A DNA stretch of 64,000 bases, taken from positions 20,813 to 84,812 of the forward strand of contig CAZMVZ010000002.1 of assembly GCA_964570065.1 (NCBI GenBank), in the 5' to 3' direction. Position numbers and translations under genes: made by a program. Below, piece after piece: positions 54,336-62,995 of this stretch. The DNA comes from an uncultured Candidatus Poseidoniales archaeon. Its GTDB lineage: Archaea > Thermoplasmatota > Poseidoniia > Poseidoniales > Thalassarchaeaceae. Numbering within the stretch: position 1 is the stretch's first letter; each line of letters opens with the position of its first letter. Below the pieces are notes generated by a model. The model worked only from the letters and a program-made list of their open reading frames with translations. It was not told the DNA's origin and ran no database searches.

Positions 54336-55523
54336 CTATCCCGACATCTCTTGGAGGATGTCTGAGCATCTTGATGAGATTGCCTCGCCCACTTGAGTCG
54401 TTGAGGCCTTCCCCCCTAAGTCGTATGTTACCAGACCCCCCTCTGACATGTGTTCAGAGATCGCACGCTCTAGGACATCCGCGCACATCGTAGCTTTCTC
54501 GTCATTATGACGCGATCCCAGCGAGTCGAACATCAACTGTACTGATGAGATTGATGCGATTGGGTTCACTTTGTTCTGACCAGCATATTTCGGACTGGAA
54601 CCGTGAACAGGTTCGAACAGCATGTGGTTATCCCCTATGTTGGCACTGGCTGCCATTCCCATCCCGCCTTGGAGTACGGATGCAAGGTCAGTTGCTATAT
54701 CTCCGAACATATTGGGCAGAACCACCACATCGAGGTCCTCCGGATTTCGGACGAGCCACATAGTGAATGCGTCGATGAAGGCTTCGTTGGTCTCCATTCC
54801 TTCGTACTCGGAGGAGACTGCCCGGAAGACCTCTCGGAAGAGCCTGCACCCCCTAGTTACGTTGCTCTTGTCCACGCAAGTTACCTTCTGAGTTGAGCCG
54901 AGCCTGGATTGTCGTCGCTTTGCGAGTTCGAATGAGTATCGAATGACGCGCTCGCTCCCCTTGCGAGAAATCGGTCTAACGTCCCATCCGACCTCGCCCT
55001 CTAAGCCGGGAAACCCATCGATGACCAATGGCTCGTCTCTTTCGCCACCCCTCGCCGCCATTCCAGATCTTCTGAGGAGTGCGTGGTAGAGGCCCTCTGT
55101 GTTTTCTCGGACCATTACGATATCAACCAGTTCGTGGTTCCACACATCAGAGAATGTTCCGTGAACCTTGTGTTTCACTCCCTTGTATAGCTTGACTGGC
55201 CTAACATTTGCATAGAGGTCGAGTGCGGATCTGAGGCCCAATAGTGCCTGTCCACCTGCAATATCCCCATTTGGCAGTGTCGCGCCTGGCCATCCGACTG
55301 CTCCCACTACAATTGCATCCGACTCATCACGGCAGAATTCGAAAGATCCCGATGGCCACTCCTCTCCGGTATCGAGATAATGTTGGCCCCCGCAAGGAAT
55401 CTCCGAGATTTCGAGTGAGATTGCACCAGATTCTTGGAAAACTGAGAGGACTCGCTTGACTTCTTCCATCACTTCACGGCCCGTCCCGTCCCCGGGAAGA
55501 AGGGTCAAACGATATGGCGCCAT
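54336..55523 (-). CDS. Isocitrate/isopropylmalate dehydrogenase family oxidoreductase (LeuB / tartrate-DH-like)
   Basis: 'LLPGDGTGREV', 'VRENTEGLY', 'NMFGDIATDLASVLQGGMGMAASANIG' and 'FEPVHGSSPKYAGQ' are present. Confidence 0.85.
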   Translation of the reverse strand: MAPYRLTLLPGDGTGREVMEEVKRVLSVFQESGAISLEISEIPCGGQHYLDTGEEWPSGSFEFCRDESDAIVVGAVGWPGATLPNGDIAGGQALLGLRSALDLYANVRPVKLYKGVKHKVHGTFSDVWNHELVDIVMVRENTEGLYHALLRRSGMAARGGERDEPLVIDGFPGLEGEVGWDVRPISRKGSERVIRYSFELAKRRQSRLGSTQKVTCVDKSNVTRGCRLFREVFRAVSSEYEGMETNEAFIDAFTMWLVRNPEDLDVVVLPNMFGDIATDLASVLQGGMGMAASANIGDNHMLFEPVHGSSPKYAGQNKVNPIASISSVQLMFDSLGSRHNDEKATMCADVLERAISEHMSEGGLVTYDLGGKASTTQVGEAISSRCSDILQEMSG

Positions 55524-55589
55524 GTCTTCGGCAAGACCTTTTCATTCATCAATCCGACCCCCTGCGAAACTGACCGTTCTAGGAGATAA

Positions 55590-56225
55590 TTGATAGACGG
55601 TCAAGCGAACACCACCTGTATGGACACCAACTCCGAAGAAGGGCAAGGCGGACCGAAGATAGATATCAGAACTCTACCCGAGTCGGTTTCCCTTCTATGG
55701 GAGTCAATGCTGAGGAAGAATCCCAACTGGGATCTGGCCAAGTGGCTAGACGAAAGGGCCAATGAGGAGTTGGAGTTATTGGAGTCTCACCTAGGAAGGG
55801 AGAAGTTGAGGTACGAACAACGCCTGCATAGGATTGAGAACCTATCGAAGCAGATGAGGCGGCGGCGGGAGAGCATCAGCGGATCGCAGATTGCAGACCC
55901 CAATCAACGGAATCTATTCGATGTCTACGAGCCTACTGACAAAAAAGAACGGTCCGGAGACTACGATCCAGAGACTGGTCCATTAGTGGATCTTGGGAAC
56001 CTATCTACAGACGATGATCTACTGCTGGCATACATCAGTCAGAAGATTCTGATTGCGATTGAGGACTCGAATGGAAGGGGCGGTGGCTTGCACTTTGACG
56101 AAATTATCCAGCTTCTTGAGTCGCCGGGAATCAATTCAGAAGATATCGATGAGGCGATATCTTGGTTGCTTCAGAATAAAGAAATTATCGAGATAGAAAG
56201 GGACGTATTTGTTGTTGACGGATGA
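55590..56225 (+). CDS. Hypothetical acidic protein with a C-terminal winged-helix-like domain
   Basis: The track starts at TTG 55590; ATG 55620 is an alternative. A coiled-coil middle is followed by the C-terminal 'LHFDEIIQLLESPGINSEDIDEAISWLLQNKEIIEIERDVFVV'. The stop overlaps the next start (ATGA at 56222). Confidence 0.5.
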   Translation: MIDGQANTTCMDTNSEEGQGGPKIDIRTLPESVSLLWESMLRKNPNWDLAKWLDERANEELELLESHLGREKLRYEQRLHRIENLSKQMRRRRESISGSQIADPNQRNLFDVYEPTDKKERSGDYDPETGPLVDLGNLSTDDDLLLAYISQKILIAIEDSNGRGGGLHFDEIIQLLESPGINSEDIDEAISWLLQNKEIIEIERDVFVVDG

Positions 56226-58261
56226 GAAGTCTGGACGTTTGCAATACAACCATTGAAAGAAGAAGAGCGAGTCGGGCAGACTACCTCATGACAAGCGAAA
56301 CTTCAGGGTGGTACGCTAGGCTCGACCACGAGTGTCCAGAAAGGACCGAGCAGATACAGATATGGCTAGATTCTTGGTTAGAAGCTACCAAGAAGAGGCA
56401 GCCAATTGCAGCGGCGCTTCCAAACAATTGGCCGACCCTTCCCGCTGGTCTTCTTAGCAACCCAGGCAATGTCCTTGACCACCTGCTGGCAAGGTTCGAC
56501 GCCCAGAGGGATGGTCGTTCCCCAAGGGGTGTTTACGCACCTCCTGCAAGATTTGTCGATGCCGTTCTGCATGATGAGTTGCACCATGGCAATAGCAAGA
56601 AGAAGGAGCCCCCTGCAACCCTGTCCCTAGCGGCATTGCCACCAAGTTTCAGAGGATTCGCTAAGCAGTTCAACGAGGATATCAGTGAAGAAGGCGCGAT
56701 AGATGGAAACGACGAGTCGCCAAAGAACCGAACAGAATCTGGGATCCCAATTCCATTTGCTGATCCCTGTGTTGGGGCGGGACTATTTGCGGAGAGGATG
56801 CTGCGGATACATGCTGAAAGATTAGCGAACCATGAACCAACAGAGAGGAGGGAGGACACACTTCGGCTGTTGGAGGGCCTGCAGCTGGTTGACACATCTG
56901 AAGTGGCCGTGAACAGTGCCAGAAAGAGGATTGTGATTGTTTTGGCAAGGCTTGGCCTTGTGGACCTGGAGGATGAAGACGATGATGGCATGATTGGTCT
57001 GAGCGAGGCTGAGATGATTGTCGAAAGTAACGTCAGATGCATAGACCCACTAATGGGAGAGTGGCCTTGGAATGAAAGGCCAATGCTACTAATCTCTCGA
57101 CCCCCCTGGCTTCGGATAAAGGACAGGTTCAGAGGCCACCCGGATGGAAGCGCCCTGAGAAAGGAGTTATCCAGCCAACTAAGGGAATTCAAAGGAACGG
57201 ATGGAAAGGCCAGGTTCTCCACCATTAAGGGGAATGTGAATCTATACAGGCTCTACATTGAGAGGTCCCTGCAGATCTCTCAGAGTGGCGGGAGAGTGAG
57301 GCTAGTAGTTCCGAGTTCAGTTCTAAGGGAAAAAAGCAGCCTTCCCCTCAGGAAGCTCCTGGTAGAGTCTAACTGTTGGGATTCTGTCTGGTCGTTCCCG
57401 GAAGACTCGAGGCTTCTTTTTGGGGGGTCACAAGGAGTTTCGGTAATCGGGATCACCGTCGGTGAAGAGACTGACGTTCTGACTAGCTTCGGACCTCTTT
57501 TGATCGATGACATTGCACCTGGAAGGGGAATCGCATCAGATGCCCCCTTCTTCGAGCTCGAGAGGGGCCCTTGGTCGTCCTGGACTGACACTTCATGGGC
57601 GGTTCCGAAGATGCCTAGAGACGACGTGGGCAGAGACAGGACAATCACGGCGATTGGTAATCTAGCCGACAAGCCCAGATTGGTCGAAGAGGGGACTGGC
57701 CTGAACCCTAGCGGCAGAGCAATCAAGGTTAGAGTGGGCGAGGTAGAGAGGTCCGTCTGGAAAAAGGAAATCTGTGATTGGTCCGGTAAGGACGGCGAGA
57801 TCCCATTCATCAGGGCTGCTCATATCAATTTCATAGATGGGAAAGGTGTTCTTGGGCATCCTGCCTTTGAGTTGAGCTCAGAGGGTAGTAAATCTGCATG
57901 GAAGGGACCTAGCGAGATGTCGGTCCAAAGCCGTATTGTTTGTCAGTCCGTTGTTAATCCTCAATCTGAGAGGAGACTAGTGTGGGCAGTGGTTCCTGAG
58001 GGATGCGTGTTGGGAAACTCGGTTAGCTTCCTGGATCTTCCGAAAGAAGTCAAGGACAGTCTTAGTGAAAAGTTCGGTTCTCTGGAAGGGGGTTTGGGTT
58101 TCTTAGCGGATCGTCTAAATTCCGAAGAGCTTGATTTGTGGTCCAGGGCTTGGGCTGCAAACAACAATGTGAACAACTACGAGATTGAGATGCTTCCGTT
58201 CGAGGTTGAAGAAGACGGCGGTCCCTTCTCCCTACTGAGGAACGAAGGTCATCTTGATTGA
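56222..58261 (+). CDS. Eco57I/TaqI-like (gamma-class) N6-adenine methyltransferase homolog with an atypical motif IV
   Basis: 'RGVYAPPARFVDAVL' is motif X, 'FADPCVGAGLFAERML' is motif I (about 56756-56790), and 'LLISRPPWLRIKD' is motif IV (SRPPW at 57095-57109). 'NLYRLYIERSLQISQSGGRVRLVVPSSVL' follows. No nuclease domain is recognised. Confidence 0.6.
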   Translation: MRSLDVCNTTIERRRASRADYLMTSETSGWYARLDHECPERTEQIQIWLDSWLEATKKRQPIAAALPNNWPTLPAGLLSNPGNVLDHLLARFDAQRDGRSPRGVYAPPARFVDAVLHDELHHGNSKKKEPPATLSLAALPPSFRGFAKQFNEDISEEGAIDGNDESPKNRTESGIPIPFADPCVGAGLFAERMLRIHAERLANHEPTERREDTLRLLEGLQLVDTSEVAVNSARKRIVIVLARLGLVDLEDEDDDGMIGLSEAEMIVESNVRCIDPLMGEWPWNERPMLLISRPPWLRIKDRFRGHPDGSALRKELSSQLREFKGTDGKARFSTIKGNVNLYRLYIERSLQISQSGGRVRLVVPSSVLREKSSLPLRKLLVESNCWDSVWSFPEDSRLLFGGSQGVSVIGITVGEETDVLTSFGPLLIDDIAPGRGIASDAPFFELERGPWSSWTDTSWAVPKMPRDDVGRDRTITAIGNLADKPRLVEEGTGLNPSGRAIKVRVGEVERSVWKKEICDWSGKDGEIPFIRAAHINFIDGKGVLGHPAFELSSEGSKSAWKGPSEMSVQSRIVCQSVVNPQSERRLVWAVVPEGCVLGNSVSFLDLPKEVKDSLSEKFGSLEGGLGFLADRLNSEELDLWSRAWAANNNVNNYEIEMLPFEVEEDGGPFSLLRNEGHLD

Positions 58262-58377
58262 GGAAAGCGGATTTCGGTTTCCTAGTTCCGGAAAACTGCT
58301 CATTTTGAGAATGGATTAATATCCTTGGTTTGCATACGCGGTACGTTCCCAACTCGGAATTGACAAAGGAGAGACGC

Positions 58378-58956
58378 ATGGGAATAAATCCAAAGATTGG
58401 AATCACAGGTCTACCCCGTTCTGGAAAGTCTGCCGTCCTCCAGAAGGTTGTCGACATGATTTCCGACGAAGGGAGCGGTTTCAGGAGGACCAGGGGCCCA
58501 TCCCCGCCAGAACACGTCGTAGGGGGGATGAGGTGCGAGCCAGTGATCGAGAACGGAGAGAGAGTCGGATACGCCTGCGTCAACATCCTCACTGGTGAGA
58601 AGGGGGTAATGGCACACCGGGAGATTGACTCTAGGAATCGAATTCTCGGATTTGGAATAGACCCTACTGAGATTGACAGAGTTGGCGTTCCTGCGATAAT
58701 GGACAGCATTGGGAATTGTGAGATTATGGTGATTGACGAGGTAGGGAAGTTCACTGTTGAATGCGAGGGTTTCGTCAATGTAGTCAGACTTGCTCTTCAG
58801 CATGACATGCCCACGCTACTCACTCTGCACAAGAAGAGCAGGCACCCTCTGCTTCAAGACATCCGAAGGAGGGATGACGCGCGGATACTGGAGGTGACTC
58901 CGGTCAACAGATCGCTTCTGCCATACAAGATTCACAAGCTTATCCAAGAGTTGTGA
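58378..58956 (+). CDS. THEP1-type nucleoside-triphosphatase (COG1618)
   Basis: 'IGITGLPRSGKSAVLQKV' is Walker A and 'MVIDEVGKFTVECEGF' is Walker B. 'LLTLHKKSRHPLLQDI' and 'VTPVNRSLL' follow. ATG 58378 is preceded by AAGGAGAG. Confidence 0.75.
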   Translation: MGINPKIGITGLPRSGKSAVLQKVVDMISDEGSGFRRTRGPSPPEHVVGGMRCEPVIENGERVGYACVNILTGEKGVMAHREIDSRNRILGFGIDPTEIDRVGVPAIMDSIGNCEIMVIDEVGKFTVECEGFVNVVRLALQHDMPTLLTLHKKSRHPLLQDIRRRDDARILEVTPVNRSLLPYKIHKLIQEL

Positions 58957-59002
58957 ACGATTCTTCGGTCAAGTTGATGCGAAATGCCGGATTCGTCGAG
59001 GC

Positions 59003-59356
59003 ATGGAGTCGGCAGCATCCAGATTGACAAGACTCCTCATTGGATTCATCCTCGCCCTGATGGTGATGACTTCGATTTCGATTCTGAATGAAGGACGGTT
59101 CTCATTTTCAGACACGCTGGTGGCGGCCCCCATTGCGATTGGCGTAATGGCTTGCATCCTTCTTGTGGTGATTGTTGCAGGTCGGGGCCGCCCACAGGGA
59201 GCCTGGATGATCGACCCTTGGATTAGCAGGGAACCCGAGGATGAAATGCGTTCAAGGCTTGAAAGAGAGAGGGACGAGGCTAGTATGCAAGACCTTGGAT
59301 CCAAATGGGCTAGGATGGAAATGGAGCATCTCGAGTCCAAACACGGTGAGGAGTAG
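59003..59356 (+). CDS. Small hypothetical membrane protein
   Basis: It has two hydrophobic helices ('LLIGFILALMVMTSISIL', 'LVAAPIAIGVMACILLVVIVA') and a charged C-tail. Confidence 0.4.
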   Translation: MESAASRLTRLLIGFILALMVMTSISILNEGRFSFSDTLVAAPIAIGVMACILLVVIVAGRGRPQGAWMIDPWISREPEDEMRSRLERERDEASMQDLGSKWARMEMEHLESKHGEE

Positions 59357-59406
59357 AGAGCGAAACCTTGACCCTGTTCCCCCTGCTCGAATGACTGGGT
59401 GGTAGT

Positions 59407-59790
59407 GTGGTAGACGTTCCTAATGACTTGAGATACACCAAAGAACACGAGTGGGTAAGAGTAGAGGGTGACGAGGTCAGTATCGGAATTACCGATTTCG
59501 CCCAGAACGCTCTGACGGAAGTAGTGTGGGTGGAACTCCCCGAAGTGGATTCGGTCGTCGAAGTGATGGAGTCATTCGCTAGTGTCGAATCTGTGAAATC
59601 GGTCAGCGAGATCTACGCGCCTGTGGCAGGAACAGTGATCGAAGTTAACGAGTCGCTCGAGGATGCGCCCGAGCAGATTAATGTAGACCCGTATGGGGAG
59701 GGGTGGATCTGCAAAATCAAGACAGATGCGGATGTTGAAGTGAGTGGGCTTCTCGATTCGGAAAGTTACTCCGCATTGATCGGAGACTGA
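59407..59790 (+). CDS. gcvH: Glycine cleavage system H protein
   Basis: 'YTKEHEWV' and the lipoyl-Lys motif 'ASVESVKSVSEIYAPVAGTVIEVN' are present, followed by 'DPYGEGWI'. The start is GTG. Confidence 0.9.
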   Translation: MVDVPNDLRYTKEHEWVRVEGDEVSIGITDFAQNALTEVVWVELPEVDSVVEVMESFASVESVKSVSEIYAPVAGTVIEVNESLEDAPEQINVDPYGEGWICKIKTDADVEVSGLLDSESYSALIGD

Positions 59791-59792
59791 AG

Positions 59793-60332
59793 ATGAGCGA
59801 AGTAAGAAGCGTTCACATCTACGTAGACGGTTCTTGCAGCGAGAATCGCAATGTGACCTCAGAGACGAAGGCTGGCTGGGGCCTTTGTGTGATAGTCAAT
59901 GACGGGGGTTCCGGCAATGGCAAGGGGCACCTTCTCACAGAGCTGAATGGAGAAGTGATCACAAATCAAGGTGAGAAGGGGTATTTGGGAGCTGAAGTAG
60001 GTTCGAATAACACGGCAGAGCTATCGGCGATAGCACACGCCCTGAGATGGATACTGAGCGAATCGGGGATAGAGTCTGTAACCATAAGGGGGGACTCGAA
60101 CTACGCTCTGAACATAGCCTCTGGTATGTGGACGGCGAAGGCCAATCAGACCCTCGCGCGAAGAGTCAGAGATTTGTGGGATGAGGTCGCGGGAATAATC
60201 TCGCTAGTGGGGGAGCACGTGCCCGCACATAGGGGGCACCGGTGGAACGAGCGAGCAGATCACCTTGCGTTCCGTGCGATGCAGGGAGAAGCCCCGCTCC
60301 CACTTCAGTTCTGGAAGCCGGGAAAGAGATAG
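59793..60332 (+). CDS. rnhA: Ribonuclease HI
   Basis: The DEDD residues lie in 'IYVDGSC', 'TNNTAELSAIAHAL', 'IRGDSNYALN' and 'WNERADHLA'. Confidence 0.85.
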   Translation: MSEVRSVHIYVDGSCSENRNVTSETKAGWGLCVIVNDGGSGNGKGHLLTELNGEVITNQGEKGYLGAEVGSNNTAELSAIAHALRWILSESGIESVTIRGDSNYALNIASGMWTAKANQTLARRVRDLWDEVAGIISLVGEHVPAHRGHRWNERADHLAFRAMQGEAPLPLQFWKPGKR

Positions 60333-60334
60333 GT

Positions 60335-60835
60335 TCAGTCTTCCTTCAGGGGCCCCAATGAGAGATAGGCGTATATCGACTGAAGCGCAAGAAGAAGGCC
60401 GATCAGGGTTAGTACCAAGCCCGTTGGTTCGGGCAAGTATGATTGCAATGTGTTCCCCGAAACCCAAGCCAAGAACAGAGTGGCCAAGGCTGCTGCGAAA
60501 ACTCGTCTGACGGATTCCTCCGGTTTCTGCCATAAGTCAATCCACGGAATCAGTCCCTTTCTCTTGAACGTGTATCGGTACCATGCTACATAGCCCATCG
60601 AAAGCCCTGCAATTCCAATCACACCAGTGGAGAACCCAGGATCATCCCAGGGACCTCTCGGAGCGACTCTGAAGACCAGTGAATCCAGAATCATGAGCAT
60701 TGAAGCGATTGCAAGCGGAAGCCACTCGGGATCGTGAGATTCGATGTTCGTCTTCTCTTCCACATATTGACGAGGCCGTTCCGTAGTAATGATGTATTGC
60801 TCTTGGTTGCGAAGCATGAGTATAATGACCAACAT
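60335..60835 (-). CDS. Hypothetical membrane protein (4 predicted helices)
   Basis: Hydrophobic segments include 'LPLAIASMLMILDSLVF', 'VIGIAGLSMGYVAWY', 'VFAAALATLFLAWV' and 'LVLTLIGLLLALQSIYAY'. No recognised motif is present. Confidence 0.5.
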   Translation of the reverse strand: MLVIILMLRNQEQYIITTERPRQYVEEKTNIESHDPEWLPLAIASMLMILDSLVFRVAPRGPWDDPGFSTGVIGIAGLSMGYVAWYRYTFKRKGLIPWIDLWQKPEESVRRVFAAALATLFLAWVSGNTLQSYLPEPTGLVLTLIGLLLALQSIYAYLSLGPLKED

Positions 60836-61778
60836 CCACTATTCAGACGTGATCGACGCCTCGAAGAGGCTGGATGGTGTTGTTCTGAGGACCCCAGTGG
60901 TGAATTCACCAGAGATCGATGAAATGGCCGGTAGGAGGGTGTTCATGAAGTGCGAAAACCTTCAGCACGTGGGTGCGTTCAAATTCAGGGGAGCGACTAA
61001 TGCCGTGAAGATGCTAGGAGAGGGTGCCGAGTTTGGCCTGTGCACCCATAGCAGCGGCAATCATGGGCAGGCGGTTGCATTAGCGGCTAAGCAGAGAGGG
61101 GTTCCAGCATTCATCGTGATGCCGAAAAATGCGCCCAAGGTGAAGGTCAACGGGGTCAGGAGCCATGGAGCCGAGGTGATTCTGTGTGAGCCAAACCTGG
61201 AGGACAGGGTTGCGACTGCGAACTCAGTTCTGGAGAGAACCGGGGCGACCTTCATCCATCCATTTGACAATACGAACGTCATAGCTGGCCAGGGAACCGC
61301 AGCGAAAGAGATGATTGAGGAGTGTGGGGATCTGGATGCTGTCTTATCGCCCATAGGAGGTGGCGGATTGATGTCCGGAACTTGCATCTCCACTAGGTCT
61401 CTGCTTCCAGATGCACTGATTTTCGGAACGGAGCCCGAAGGGGCCGATGATGCCGCTAGGTCATTGGAGTCTGGTGAATATGTGCCACAGACAGGACCGG
61501 ATACGATCTGCGACGGGCTCCTCACAAGCATGGGGGAAATAACGTGGCCAATCATCAAGAGTCACGTTGAGGAAATCATCAGGGTGGGCGATGATGAGGT
61601 CCTGATTGCGATGACCTTGATTCACGAGGCCTTCGGGATGGTCGTAGAACCTAGTGGCGCCATCTCTCTAGCTGCGGTGCTGAAGGAGGAGTTCAGAGCC
61701 AAGGAAGGAATTGGCTCGATTGGGATAATCCTGTGTGGTGGCAACGTAGACCCTGAGAATCTCCCGTTCACCCCCTAG
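60825..61778 (+). CDS. PLP-dependent serine/threonine dehydratase family enzyme (IlvA / serine-racemase-like)
   Basis: 'KCENLQHVGAFKFRGATNAV' carries the PLP Lys. 'HSSGNHGQAVALAA' and 'SPIGGGGLMSG' are also present. I prefer ATG 60825; the track ORF starts at 60789. Confidence 0.8.
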   Translation: MTNIHYSDVIDASKRLDGVVLRTPVVNSPEIDEMAGRRVFMKCENLQHVGAFKFRGATNAVKMLGEGAEFGLCTHSSGNHGQAVALAAKQRGVPAFIVMPKNAPKVKVNGVRSHGAEVILCEPNLEDRVATANSVLERTGATFIHPFDNTNVIAGQGTAAKEMIEECGDLDAVLSPIGGGGLMSGTCISTRSLLPDALIFGTEPEGADDAARSLESGEYVPQTGPDTICDGLLTSMGEITWPIIKSHVEEIIRVGDDEVLIAMTLIHEAFGMVVEPSGAISLAAVLKEEFRAKEGIGSIGIILCGGNVDPENLPFTP

Positions 61779-61821
61779 AAATGGGCTAACAAATAATAGT
61801 TGAATTTAGTACCGCCACCCA

Positions 61822-62841
61822 ATGGCCCTAGTTTTTGATAGGATTAAATCAACTCCTGGCGAAGCACTGCTTCTACTGACTGCCCTAGTAACACTCGTTT
61901 ACTCATTGAACTTCATGTTCTTCTCCGCGTGTTACACGACGGGAGGGGAGGGAGACTGCTTCACCATGCTGAGCAATGGTCTGGGAGGCACGACGGCGGA
62001 TGTGGCCTATGGGGCGGGGGCTCCAGAAACGGCATTCAACGGGATACTGATGTTCGGGATTTTCATGTCAACTGGTCTAATCCTCAATGAGGGTGCTCGT
62101 GGGATGTGGAAGGTGATGCTCCCAGTTCTCGCAGGACTCGTTGTCGCCAGTGCGGTAATCTGGATGTTCTGGAACGATGCCAGTGAGGCGAGTGAGGCTC
62201 CCAAGTTCCTAACTCCAATCGTGACCATCACCTATGCGGCGGCATACCTCATGCTGCGCGCAGAAGACGAGGTTGACGAGGGGCTGGACTCAATCTCATT
62301 TGGAATCGGAATCAAAGACCCAGTCGCTTTGATGGGTCTGATCATAGTTATCGCTACGGGGCTCTTCTACGTGTTCCGGCAGATCGTTAACCCCGAGTCT
62401 GTGATTGACGCAGTCACTCCCGGGGCTGCAAGCGATGGTTTGCTAGCGCCCACAAAAGTGACTGTTGCCTTCACTGGAGCGCTTCTCCTTACTTACGTGC
62501 TATGGGCGACCATGATCCTGACACAGGGGGCCAGGGGGATGTGGCCAGTAGCCCATCCCGCGCTATTCGCTTTCCTTACTATTACGATCGCCAACTACTT
62601 CGGTTTCGTCTTCGGCCCGTTGAGGGAGTTCTCTGAGCAAAATGAGATGGATGCGATTTCCGGACCAGCGACTATGCTCCTGTTCCTGCTGGTCTACCTC
62701 AGGCTGAGGGACGAGGGCATCGAAGAAGGTATGACTTACCAAGGTGAGCCTATGGATTCGAGATCGTTCGATCGTTTCTTCGTGATGGGTGCGATTGCGA
62801 TATCGGCTGCATTCATGCTCGTAGAGATCTCAGGACTGTGA
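61822..62841 (+). CDS. Hypothetical polytopic membrane protein (about 9-10 helices)
   Basis: The 339-aa protein is continuously hydrophobic. The motif 'GARGMW(K/P)V' occurs twice (residues ~92 and ~236), suggesting an internal duplication. Confidence 0.55.
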   Translation: MALVFDRIKSTPGEALLLLTALVTLVYSLNFMFFSACYTTGGEGDCFTMLSNGLGGTTADVAYGAGAPETAFNGILMFGIFMSTGLILNEGARGMWKVMLPVLAGLVVASAVIWMFWNDASEASEAPKFLTPIVTITYAAAYLMLRAEDEVDEGLDSISFGIGIKDPVALMGLIIVIATGLFYVFRQIVNPESVIDAVTPGAASDGLLAPTKVTVAFTGALLLTYVLWATMILTQGARGMWPVAHPALFAFLTITIANYFGFVFGPLREFSEQNEMDAISGPATMLLFLLVYLRLRDEGIEEGMTYQGEPMDSRSFDRFFVMGAIAISAAFMLVEISGL

Positions 62842-62846
62842 ATAGG

Positions 62847-62920
62847 TGGAGCACGAGCCGGGATTTGCACCCGGGTCCATGGATCTGCAGTCCATTGCAT
62901 AGCTGCTCTGCCACTCGTGC
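62847..62920 (-). tRNA. tRNA-Cys (GCA) with encoded CCA
   Basis: The minus-strand sequence is GCACGAG-UG-GCAGAGCAGCUAUGCA-AUGGA-CUGCAGA-UCCAU-GGAC-CCGGG-UGCAAAU-CCCGG-CUCGUGC-U-CCA. It has a 7-bp acceptor stem, a 5-bp anticodon stem, a 7-nt loop with U33 and the GCA anticodon, and the U73 discriminator characteristic of tRNA-Cys. Confidence 0.75.
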
Positions 62921-62995
62921 TTAGCCTCGCCGAGCCTACTTTCTTTCTTGAAGACTATCCGAGCGACGGCATACCTTCATTGAGTGACTACTCGT

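Noticed and set aside
58262-58285. Short hairpin (GGAAAGC...GGUUUCC) immediately after the methyltransferase stop codon.
   Set aside because: It has only about 6 bp with a mismatch and no T-run. I do not consider it distinguishable from chance.
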